Below are positions 1 through 11,597 of a stretch of DNA of 64,000 nucleotides, in pieces. This stretch comes from Octopus sinensis (lineage: Eukaryota): contig NC_042999.1 in the NCBI RefSeq assembly GCF_006345805.1, forward strand, positions 66,402,001 to 66,466,000, written 5' to 3'. The stretch's first letter is position 1; each line of letters opens with the position of its first letter. The notes beneath the pieces are model-generated. The model was not told the DNA's origin, ran no database searches, and was given only the letters and a program-made list of their open reading frames with translations. The translations under genes and the position numbers were made by a program.

Positions 1-289
1 ACGCTGTTTGTTGTTTTTCTGTTTGACTAGCTGTTGATGAAAATCTGTTTATTAGTTAACGTTGTAGGATATATTATTGTTATTAAAGTTGTTGTTTCGG
101 CAAGCTGTCGATGATTGGTTGATAGACCAGCATGCGTTGCTGTTGCAATGGTTGTTGATAGATTCTGCTTGCATGCAGAAGACGTGTGGTTTAGCGATTA
201 CGGTTTTAGGTTCGCGATTAGGCGGCCGCTCTGTCCTTCACAAAAATTAAAAAAATATTTTATTCTTCACCATTCTATTTCCCTGTTTC

Positions 290-622
290 TTGCTTTGTAT
301 GTTTCTCTCTCTCTCTCATTCTCTATCTATCTATCTCCCTCTCTCCCACGCCTTCCCTCCTTCTCTTCTCTCCCCCTCTCCCTCACTCACTCTTTGTATG
401 TTTCTCTATCTATCTCTCCCTCTCTCTCTTTCTCCCTCTCGCTCTCTCTTTCTCCCTCTTTCTCTCTTTCTCCCTCTCTCTCTTTCTCTCACACTCTCTC
501 CTCTCTTTTCCCTCTCTCTCTTTCTCTGTCCCTTTCTCTCTTTCTGTCCCTTTCTCTCTCTCTCTTTCTCTCATGCCCTCTCTCCCTCTCCCTCCCTCCC
601 TTTCTCTCTCTCGCTCTGGAAA
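290..622. repeat. CT-rich low-complexity / (CT)n microsatellite
   Basis: Degenerate TCTC runs; they explain the L/S/P-rich ORFs 115..651 and 290..691. Confidence 0.95.
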
Positions 623-999
623 TTCATTCACTATCGTCGATATTTTGCTGAGGGAGGTGTGAGAGATCTGAGGAGTCTACAAAGCACTTAGACACATATG
701 TTTGCAAGTGAGAGGTATAATTTATTTGCTTTATACATGCATGTGTTTCGATGTGTGTATACGTATGTACGCGTGTGTATTTATGTATGTATATTTTTGT
801 TTTTACCCACATACATATATACGAAATAACACAAAACGTTTATACACACACATTGAACGATTAAGAAAATGTTTATTTAAATATATTTTATTTTAAAATT
901 TTTCAATAGAATCTACAGATAGAATTGTATTAATGCTTATTTTCAAACTCATGAGATAATTGATTCAGCCCCTGCTGTTTACTCGGAGCATTGAAATCG

Positions 1000-1640
1000 C
1001 CAATTTCAAGAAGTATTTCATTTAGTATTTGTACGCATTTCCGTTCAATGGCTACTCTCATTTCGTCGACTATTACTAGGCCGTAAAATTTATCTTTTAA
1101 GTATCGCCATAAAAAATATCTAGCGGTTAAGGGTCCAGTGATCGCGGAGAGTATAACACTGAAACTTTCCTTAAATCAAACTGCTTAATGGAAATCAAGG
1201 CAGGTCCTTATATTAATGCAGTAATGTTGGGGTGCCCCATCTACAGATCCCTCTTCAATGCTTGTATTACTGATTGTTGCAGCAAATTCGAGTAGATGAG
1301 GCCTATCACGGTACCACCAAAATAGCCGAGTTAATTCTTTTCATGATAAACCGCACCATAGTGTACCTCCTGGTAAATTAACAGGATATTCCTCCAAAGT
1401 AAAAGGATTCTCAAAATTCCCCTGTAATAAATTGAGCCATTTAATTTAAATAAGGCCTTATCCTTCACAAAAATCTTCCCTGAAAAATATGCCTTTTCTA
1501 CATATCTCGCCAAGTGACACACACAATGCACAACTGTTCGTTCCGGATCATCTTCATTGAGAGCATGGACATTTCTGGAGAGGCAACTTTTCCGATGACA
1601 ATACTGCAGCATGTGTTGAAGACTTCATTTTGAAATTTCT
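1000..1640 (-). mobile_element. Decayed Tc1/mariner-superfamily (maT/DD37D-like) transposase relic
   Basis: Minus-strand frames give HALNEDDPER...ALFKLNGS, DGAPQHY (QDGAPxH motif), and a frameshifted PRSLD-PLD / FLWRYLKDKFY (WPPRSPDLTPLDFFLWGYLK motif). Confidence 0.75.
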
Positions 1641-1783
1641 TTCAGACATCTCGATTGCGGCACTGATATTCTTTGATATATATATATATATATATCAGAG
1701 TAAGCACATAAATGTGAAACAAGGTGGAGAAATAGTACTCGAATACCAGAGGTAGAGTAATATACTTTATTACAAAGTATCAG

Positions 1784-1876
1784 AAATATCACAAAAAACT
1801 GTTACTCAGAGTTTCACGTTCCCGTTCGTCCGATGAACGGCAACGTGAAACTGTGAGTAACAGTTTTGTGATATTT
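1784..1876. other. Near-perfect ~93-bp hairpin made of two back-to-back hammerhead-like motifs
   Basis: 1784-1830 is the reverse complement of 1832-1876, with 3 mismatches and a 2-nt indel. Each arm reads CNGA(U/C)GA-ACG-GNAA-CGU-GAAAC...GUA-ACAGUUUU. Confidence 0.6.
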
Positions 1877-1894
1877 TTGCTGCTTTTAATAAGG

Positions 1895-1941
<47 letters not shown>

Positions 1942-2075
1942 CCTTCTTTCAGTTGCCGATTGCCAAATCTATTCACAAGTCTTTGGATGGTCCGGGCGTA
2001 TTGTAATACCACGCAGTAGGATTGGACACAGAACGCTCTCTTTTGGAAGCGAACTTCTTACCAATTAACTACACC
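1895..2075 (-). mobile_element. Decayed SINE family A (head and middle)
   Basis: Reverse complement resembles the head, middle and (TA)/(CA) tract of the SINE at 9150-9566. Confidence 0.6.
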
Positions 2076-2099
2076 TAGGATATGTGTGTGTGTGTTAGC

Positions 2100-2250
2100 A
2101 GTAGGATGAGGAAGAGGAGGAGGCGAAGAGGGGATGAGAAGTAGCAACAGTAACAGTACCAGTGGTAGTGGTAGTAGTAGTAGTAGTAGTAGTAGTAGTA
2201 AGAGGAGGAGGAGGAGGAGGAGGAGGAGGAGAGGAGAAGCAGCAGCAGCA
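2100..2250. repeat. Compound trinucleotide microsatellite (AGT/AGG/AGC)
   Basis: Visible directly in the sequence. Confidence 0.95.
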
Positions 2251-2759
2251 GATTTTGTTGGTGCAGCGGCACCAACGTGCAGTTTCCAACTTTGTTCTAT
2301 AAACCAGAATTTTGTTTGAAGAGTATAGAAAACCATTACCATTAAGTGCATAAAGTCTTTTGAAAGTATATTCAATATTACGAATATGTTCCCTAGTTTA
2401 TCTCTGAATTTCTTTTTTATGAATATCGTAACTTTTGCGTGTATAAAATTGTTGAGGTAAATATCGTTCAAATGATATATTAGTCAATCGTCTTACGGAT
2501 TTAAGAAAAAACATAAAATAAATGTTGTGTTTCTATAACAGATTAAGTCTTTAATATCGTTGTTTTGCTGTTAAAAATTTCCGTACAGAAATGTAGCAAA
2601 ATAATATTATGGTTGGTATACAGAATTGTCACTACCAATTTATGAAACTTGCAGATATATATCAGGAAGGGAGCGCCTAGGAAATAACAATTGGGTCTAC
2701 TAAAATGGGTGCTTAAAATCCTTTCTGCTTTTGGCCTTAATGCGTGAATTTTAGGGTTT

Positions 2760-2935
2760 GGGAACTATTCTATTACATCAACCCCTTTGCACAAGTGGTA
2801 TTTCCTCGGCGCCGGAATTTGACAGGCAAAGTCGACCTCGGTGAAATTTGAGCATTTAAACACATAACATAATGAGAAGAGAAATGCTACTGAGCATATT
2901 GCTTCACGTGATAAACTTTCTGCTATCCCGACGCC
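2760..2935 (-). mobile_element. Decayed SINE family B
   Basis: ggcaaagtcgacctcggtgaaatttgag matches the reverse complement of the SINE at 30233. Confidence 0.6.
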
Positions 2936-3289
2936 TAAAATTTGATTCAAATCTTATTTTAATATATATTCCCATACGCCACCATCCCGAATACATACAT
3001 TTTCTATGAGAGGTTATACAGCTTGTATTGAATAGTTGCCATAAATCGCTTGAGCTTTCTCTCCCACAGAAGAATCTAATATGGATCCTTGCAGTCTATT
3101 ATTATAATAGCCGATGAGAATGCATCGTAGATCTTAGCTTCGGCATTTGAAACTATCATGACAACTTACAACTACACACACAGACACATACATACATACA
3201 CATTTTATTTTTATTTTATCTAGTTTCAGCTCACGAGCTATGGTCATGCTGGGGCACCGCGATTTGGTATTGCTACATGATTTTACTTC

Positions 3290-6226
3290 ACGAGTGCTTT
3301 TTAGCAATTGCCATTTGGTGCATGAGAGAGTTCGATGCAGCTGCCCTCATCTGCACCTCCTGCCGTGAAGTTGGTTCATCTGGGACACCTGACAGGAAGA
3401 GATCCAGTTTTATTTTAAAGACATCTGCATCCACCTCAGGTTCTTCGGGAGGATATTGAAGAGATGTGGGCCTCTGAAGCCCATGCTATCACAGTATCTT
3501 GTCCTAAATCTTGATGGCAAATTTGGAGTTTGGGCACAATGCAGTGGCGTCCAGTTCTAGCATTTGTGTAACTCTCGATGCCAAAGTTTGGGACAAGTCC
3601 TTCTAGGATCTTCCAGATGAATATTATGGCATATCTTTCTCGCCTACGCTCTGAAGAATAGAGGCTTAATCTCTTGAGTCTTTCCCAGTAGCTTATATGC
3701 AGCACAGAGGCTATCTTCTTCGTGTAGCTTCGTTGGATCGCCTCAAGTTCTGTGATTAACTTGACACTGGATGGTGACCATAGTTGAGAGCAATAGTCAA
3801 AGTGGCTTAGGACAAGTGTCCTCCAGAGGACCATCATGGTTTCCTGGTCTCTTGTTCTAAAGGTTTTAAGAATCCATCCGGTCAGCCACCTACATTTCAT
3901 TGCCAATTTAGCAACATGCACATGAAAGGTTGCATCATCACTCATGTAAATACCCAGGTCTCGTACTGATTGTGCCTCTGGGATTGCAATCCCTCCAGGT
4001 CCATTGTATTTATTGGGTATTGCATTTAGTTTTGCATGCTGATAGCATAACGCTTGAAACTTTTCAGCATTGAAATGCATGCTATTCTTTTCAGCCCACT
4101 TGTATATTTTGCCCAGCTCACAATGCAGGTGCATAGTGTCTTCAGGGTTCTGAATTGCCTGTGAAACTTTTATATCATCTGCATAATTGTGATCGTGGCT
4201 CTCTGCGTGGCTGAGGGCATGTCTGAAAGGGCCATTATGAACAGTAGCGGTCCCAAAACAGTGCCTTGCAGAACACCGCTCAGTATTTGCGTGTTAATGG
4301 ACGTGGCCCCATTGGCTAATACCACCTGGCTTCTATCCTTCAGAACGTCATGAAGCCATTCCCCCAATTTTCCAACTATTCCAAGATCACGCAGTTTGTG
4401 ACATATCATTCCATAATCGACTTTATCAAAGACCTTTGCAAAGTCGAGATATATGACTTCCACATTTGAGCGGTTGAGCAGTCGTTTCAGCACCCAGTCA
4501 TAGTGTTGTAAGAGTTAGGCAGCTTCTTCCTGGTCGGAAACCATGTTGGGTGGCTGGCAGCAAGTCATTTTCTTCAAGGAAGGTGATTAGTTTCCTTCTG
4601 ACTATTCGTTCCATGACCTTCCTGATGTGTGAGGTCAGAGAGACAGGTCTGTAGTTCTTGGCCTCCGCTCTGCTACCTCGTTTATGAATAGGTCATGTTT
4701 TACCTTCCTTCAGTTTTCTTGGAAGTTTGCCAGTTGCAAGGAAGCTCTGAAAGAACAACTGCAGTGGTCTTGCTAGGACTCTCTTACATACTTTCAGAAG
4801 GATTGCTGGGAATCCATCGGGGCCAGTAGCTGAGTTTGTTTTCATTTCATCTATAGCCTTTATTACATCGTCTACCTTTATATTGATGTAATCAATCATC
4901 ACTGCCTCTGATTTTATATCTGCAGTGGTAAAGAAGTCAGTAGGATTGCTGACTTGAAAATGCCCTAGGGGTAGAGTGAAAACACTCTTAAATTGCTCAT
5001 TTAGTTATTTCACTTATCCTCATTGGATTTCCTGTGAGTGTGCCATCCTTTTCAAGGAGTGGCCCTATCCTACAGTGCACCGTAGCTGTTTCTCTGGCAT
5101 ACCTGCAGAAAGCTCTGGGGTTAAATTTTATGTTGTCTATAGCCCAGGCTTCTTTATCTGCTCTTTCTTTTTCAAGGGAGAATTGCAGACATTTTTTCAG
5201 TTTCCAACAGTTTTATTTCAGGTGGGACTTTTCACTGCTTTCAATTTGTTTGTTTAGGCGATATGTAACTTTTGTACGCCGTCTCATTAGAATTTTCCTC
5301 TCTCTGGGGATTTTGCTCTTGTGTACAGTGGCCTTTCTCTCTGGGAAAAATCTGTAGCATAAGGCTTGCATTACAGACATGAATTGTTGAAGTTTCATGT
5401 CGATGTCTGGCGAGGAGATACATTCAGGCCAGTTTTGTTTGAGGATCTCTTTCTGAATTTGTTTCCAGTTTGCCTTATGGAAGTTCAAGCTGGAAAGATT
5501 CTGAGAGTTTCTTGTAGACTGCATGTCCATGCTTTCCTTTGACCCGTACATGGTCAGCTCTACCATGTTGTGATCCGAGAGTAGTGTCGGTGTCACTTTC
5601 ACATAATGGATGAGATCCATATTATTTGTGAAACAGAGATCCAGTATGTTACCTACCCAGGTTGGTTGGAGTATTATTTGCTCCATGTACAGAGTGTTGA
5701 TGAGGTTCAGGAGGGACCTCGCCTGTCCTCGTTCGCACCGTGTCATTCCTGGGAGAGAAAGGCCCTCGAGCCATCTGACATTGGGCAGATTGAAGTCTTC
5801 CATAAGAAGTACACTTATGTGTTGTTCTAATGTGACTAGAACTTCTATTTTTATAAGGCAGTCTTCAAACTTGTCTATATGGCTTGGGGCATCTGGAGGG
5901 CGATATGTAGCACATATAACTACACCAAATTGCCTTATATGTACAATTAGTGTGTCACACACCGAATTTGAGTATGACAAAAGGATCTGGGGTGTGAGGT
6001 TCTCGCGGATATACATAGCAACTCCTCCATGACTCCTTTCTTTTCTGTCGGTCCGTAGTATAACATACTGTGGTATGTGTATTCCCGCATCTGCTATGTC
6101 CGGTTTCAGGTGTGTTTCCGTAAGTGCTATGCATAAAGCTTGATTGCATGCAACAATGTCTCTCAAGAATGGGATATTTGTCTTGTTTCTGGGTGTTAGC
6201 AGTCCTCTGATGTTCAGTAGGAGCAT
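3290..6226 (-). pseudogene. LINE ORF2 (APE endonuclease plus reverse transcriptase), disrupted by stops and frameshifts
   Basis: ORF pieces 5213..6370, 4693..4902, 4170..4493 and 3436..4134 are collinear EN-RT-C-terminal segments. The EN domain starts at ATG 6226 (MLLLNIRGL). Confidence 0.9.
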
Positions 6227-6720
6227 CGAGGTGAGGTGTATGCTGTTGCCGGTGGTGTCCACCTTGGGTCTATTTGCTGTGACGGTTTGGTGTATTGTGG
6301 ATAGTCCCATCTGCGAGTTGGAGTTTGATGGAACCAGGTTAGCTGCTGTACAATATTTTGTGCCATGCACAAAAAAGATTTTTGTTCAGCAGCTGCCCTT
6401 TCAATAACATGTTGGTGGTTTGTAGCACGCACTACATCAGCGTACCTCCGTTTTGGGGCAAGTGATGCGTGGTCCATTCCTTTTCCTTTTGGTAGTTGGT
6501 TTCTGTCCTGTTTCATGTTTATGTGGCAGGGTCTTTGGTGTGCAAAACGGCAGCCTGCACCTTCCTCTCCATGCCAGCAGAAACCTTTCAGGTAGAATTT
6601 ACACATTCGTGTGCGCTGTCTCTTTCTATCCTTTTTGGTATATGGATAGTCAGGTTTGCTTCTATCCTTGGCTGTTTCATCTTTTGTTTTTCTTTTAGTT
6701 TTTCCTCCTTTTACTTCTTT
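6214..6720 (-). pseudogene. LINE ORF1 C-terminal part with a CCCH zinc finger
   Basis: CKFYLKGFCWHGEEGAGCRFAH is C-x7-C-x8-C-x3-H. Its stop at 6214-6216 lies just past the ORF2 ATG at 6226 (13-nt overlap). Confidence 0.7.
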
Positions 6721-6767
6721 TATATATATATATAAATTTGTTGCTCAGGCAACTAATTTATGAAGGG

Positions 6768-6845
6768 GATGATGATGACGATGATGACGATGACGATGAC
6801 GATGATGACGACGATGATGATGGTGGTGACGACGACGACGACGAC

Positions 6846-6878
<33 letters not shown>

Positions 6879-6950
6879 GGTGGTGGTGGTGGTGGTGGTG
6901 GTGGTGGTGGTGATGATGATGATGCTCATCATGATGATGATGAAAACGAT
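6768..6950. repeat. Compound (GAT/GAC/GGT)n microsatellite
   Basis: Visible directly; explains the poly-D/G/M/V/T ORFs. Confidence 0.95.
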
Positions 6951-7289
6951 GATATATTTTAACTGATCTGGAACCTTCTGTTGTAAATAGTATATAAGAT
7001 CATTTATTTTTACAAACATTCGAATACTCTTAAGTTGCAATTTAGAATCTGTCAGACTTGTATGTGAAATTAGAAAGATGGATCACGGAGTTGTTTCCTT
7101 TTCTTTTACTGTTCAGCTTCTTACATTTGTTTCTGTAAATGACACTACATTTATTTTTACGTTTGTCACAAATAGCTTAACAAAGAATTCTAGTCATTGC
7201 AAGAAAACACTTGACTACCATTGCTTTGCGAGCGGACATGAAATTAGGTCACTCGTAGAGTTTCAAATATTGCGTCACACATACAAAAT

Positions 7290-7930
7290 ACTTTGATATT
7301 CCATTAGAGACTGGGACAAGCCATGGATACTCCCTGTAAATTGTGGCAGACTAGAGAGATAGAAATGTGGCCGCAGGAAATGTATGCCGTTTATCATTCC
7401 GAGAATCTGGGCGAAACCGACAGATCATCTAAACAACTGCTATTTCTGTATATCGGACGTGTCTATATATAACGAACCACAAGACAGGACGAAACTAGTC
7501 TATTAAAACATCTCAATGTCAATTACATCAATGCCACACGATGGGTGACTGCCGGTTCCAACCCTTCGAAATTTTCCGTCAGAATGTGGGGTTGATATCG
7601 AAATGTTGAACCAAGATGAAAATTGAGAAGAGGAGAAACAACATGGTCAAGTGAAAAGCTCCAGTTTTCAAATGAACCCACCTCCCTAACTGCTATTAGC
7701 TTAATGACTTCGTAAAAGACTTGAATTTGATCGAATCTGGTGCACAGCTGTTGGAGTCGAGAAACAATGAATAAAACCAAGTCGATGCAAACGAGATAAG
7801 TTCCAAATACTGATCATCATATAGCTTCTCTTGTATTGTCTGAGTCACTGTGCTACTGCATTGATGTAAGAAGATTGTTTAAAGCGACTGGATTTAGACA
7901 CCAGCAAATGCACATTGGCGGCTCTAAGCC
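7290..7930 (+). mobile_element. Chapaev3-type (CMC superfamily) transposase relic
   Basis: MPFIIPRIWAKPTDHLNNCYFCISDVS matches the WREPxxHxxDCYFC motif; LNDFVKDLNLIESGAQLLESR matches ELNDLVRDLNLxKxxAELLGSRL; a later YCIDV segment is also present. Confidence 0.75.
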
Positions 7931-9016
7931 TGAATGTAGTACTGATTTACAACTGCAAGTAGTAACCACTGATCATCGTTGATCACTCCGTACCCTTCAA
8001 AGAATATTACAAAAAACATAGAAGTCATTCTCAAGACGATCAAATATGACAACCACAAGTGATGGTGATTTCATAATCTTTGAATTTTTGCTCAGATTGC
8101 AGGGTAGACAAACTAAGGTGCCTTCATTAATGGTTTGTTTTATTCATCTATTTATTTATCTTGGCTTGTGGGAAAACAGAGACAAGAAAGAAAATTATGT
8201 GAAACGAGAATAGCAAAAGCGGTGCCATTTCCGCCTTACATTAAACTTAATTTAATGGAAGGATATTGCAAATGATTAGATCGTAATGAAGCCCAAGCTT
8301 TATTTCAGATCAGGATTTCCGGAGTTGTCCAACTCATAATTTACTGCTAGTGTGTTTGTTGCACGACAGGTTCGGCAGATACTTGTATCAAAAACTCTAT
8401 ATACGAAACAGTCAGAGGAGAAGAAAGGAGTATATAATGTATTCAAGGAAGTTCTCCAAAGATTTATGAGATATAAAAAAGCGGGAAAATGCCAAATTCT
8501 AGTAGAATACTTGAATGCTGTAGAAGTTTGCGATGCAGTATGTCACTCAAGTTACGTTATTCCCACTCTCATTTGGAATTCTCCTGCCCAAATCCTTCTG
8601 CTGCGTCAGAAGAGCGCGGTTTTATTAGAGCATACAGTATTGCGGTAGGTCTAATGGATCAATGATAAGCGATTACGCGTTAGTACTTGATTTCAGAAAA
8701 CTTCACAGACGAAAGAATGAGTTTATTGATATTTTAAATCCATTGTACCGCCATAGTTACAATAATTTTGTTGCATTATTCATAATTGTTCGTCAAATTA
8801 TATTATACGGCTTCTATAAGATAGTGAATAACGCAGTTGAAATTACGACACATCATCATATTTCAATAATTTCTGCATTTTCTGCATTTCATTCAAATAT
8901 TTGCAGTACAAAAAATAAGGACAAAAAATGTGATTTTCTTATTAATCATACCAAACTTGATAAAAAAAAAAGCAGTAAACTAGGAGGAAAACTGATCTTG
9001 TAGGGGAAAATTAATT

Positions 9017-9915
<899 letters not shown>

Positions 9916-9916
<1 letters not shown>

Positions 9917-10180
9917 TTTCTATTCTTTTGTTTGTTTCAGTCATTTGGGTACAGCCAGCCTGCAGCACTATCTTTAGTCGAATAAGTCGATCCCAGGACT
10001 TATGCTTTGTAAGCATGGTACTTGTACCGGTCGTTTTACCGAACCGCTAGGTTACGAGGACGTAAACACACCAACATCATCTGTCAAGAGATGATGTGGA
10101 GACAAACATAGCCACAAAAAAAATACAGATAGAGAAGAACCTGGAACCATGTGGTTGGGAAGCAACCTTCTTACAACAGG
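9916..10180 (-). mobile_element. Decayed SINE family A
   Basis: Reverse-complement similarity to the 3' half and a head fragment of 9150-9566. Confidence 0.75.
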
Positions 10181-10303
10181 CCCAGGTATATACATACATA
10201 CATGTATGAGCATGTGTATGTCAGATAAAAAATAGATAGACAGAGAGACAGATAGATAAGCAGATAGATAGATAGACAGATATATATATATATATATAAT
10301 TAA

Positions 10304-10757
10304 GGGTTAAGCAACAAGTTGCTTCACCACATACCGAAAATTTAGAAATAGCAGCCAAAAGACAAATCATTTCTTTTTACTACAGATATGACTTCACAGA
10401 TAACAATGTTTGTAACACAGATAGGCAAAAAGAAGAAAAATAAAGAAATCAAACAGTCTTCGATTAATTATGGACGTGTTTCTGGATTTATACAAATTCA
10501 TTTCCGTCCTTAACATATTTCGAGAATTTTAGAAATATTATGTTGAAGATGGAAATGAATTTGTATAATTCTAATCCAGAAACGCGTCCATAATTAATGG
10601 TAGAGTGTTTGATTTCGTTATATTTCTTCTTTTTGCCTATGTGAGTTACAAATATTGTTATCTGTGGAGTCATATCTGTAGTAAAAAGAAATGATCTGTC
10701 TTTTGGCTGCTACTTCTAAATTTTCGGTATGTGTTGAAACAACATGTTGCTTAACCC
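10304..10757. mobile_element. Foldback MITE with TTAA target-site duplication and GGG...CCC ends (Kolobok-like)
   Basis: TTAA at 10300-10303 and 10758-10761. The whole 454 bp is an inverted repeat with ~215-bp arms (about 9 mismatches in the first ~135 bp) and a ~20-bp loop. Confidence 0.8.
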
Positions 10758-10889
10758 TTAATTATATTCGTATATATAAAAAAAAATTGTAAATGTTTCT
10801 ACCGATAATGGTTCTCTTTCCATACCGAAACTACTTGGTAAAATTTATTAATTATTAAATTAATAATTTTTTGCCCTATACCTGTAATA

Positions 10890-11078
<189 letters not shown>

Positions 11079-11270
11079 TACGTATGTACGTACATACTTT
11101 CATACGTACGTATGTATATGTGTGTGTGTCGGACTTTATTAACGTTCCCGTAATGCAACAGTTAGGCAAAAATATAACTACCTGATTTAAGCATAAATAC
11201 TTCACTCCTTTTATTCAAATTGATGTATCAGTATAACCCCAGTGAAATAACGGAAACAAAATATAAACTG

Positions 11271-11597
11271 ACGTATATTTGCCATTTAAATATGGCTAAC
11301 CCCTAAGGGTGGATGCTACTGTAGTTTGTAGCCCCAGGAGGACACCTCCTCCAGCTGGCTATAGACACACTTTCTGTGCCTTATCAGTATTTGCAAAGGG
11401 AAGCCATCCTTCCCGTCTCCAACTTATGATACACACGGACTCGTGTTTCTGAGTATTGACCCGTAATAGGCGTGTGACAATCACATTTGTCGATGAGAAG
11501 TAGGTTCCCTTCACAAATACTTAAACCATTTTCCAGTATCGATAGACACTGATATCGAAAAAGTGTAAACAAGCAATAATAGATCTCAGATAATCTC
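11271..11597 (-). mobile_element. Unclassified ~330-bp interspersed element with a 12-bp target-site duplication
   Basis: AAATATAAACTG flanks both sides (11259-11270 and 11598-11609). A diverged homologue forms the repeat unit at 15.9-17.3 kb. Confidence 0.65.

Larger units (their letters stand above)
3202..6735 (-). mobile_element. CR1-group LINE, nearly full length, decayed, 5'-truncated within ORF1
   Basis: APE motifs LNIRGL, TETHL, GGVAMYI, YRPP, DFNLP, NILDL, SDHN. RT motifs GPDG, YLDFAKVFDKVD, GVLQGTVLGPLLF, VRDLG, LEAIQRSYTK, SYWERLKRL. 3' (TAAAA)n tail at 3202-3219. Confidence 0.93.

Noticed and set aside
115-896. ORFs of 60-180 aa rich in L/S/P or E/R/G
   Set aside because: Read-through of CT and TA/TG microsatellites; no coding complexity.
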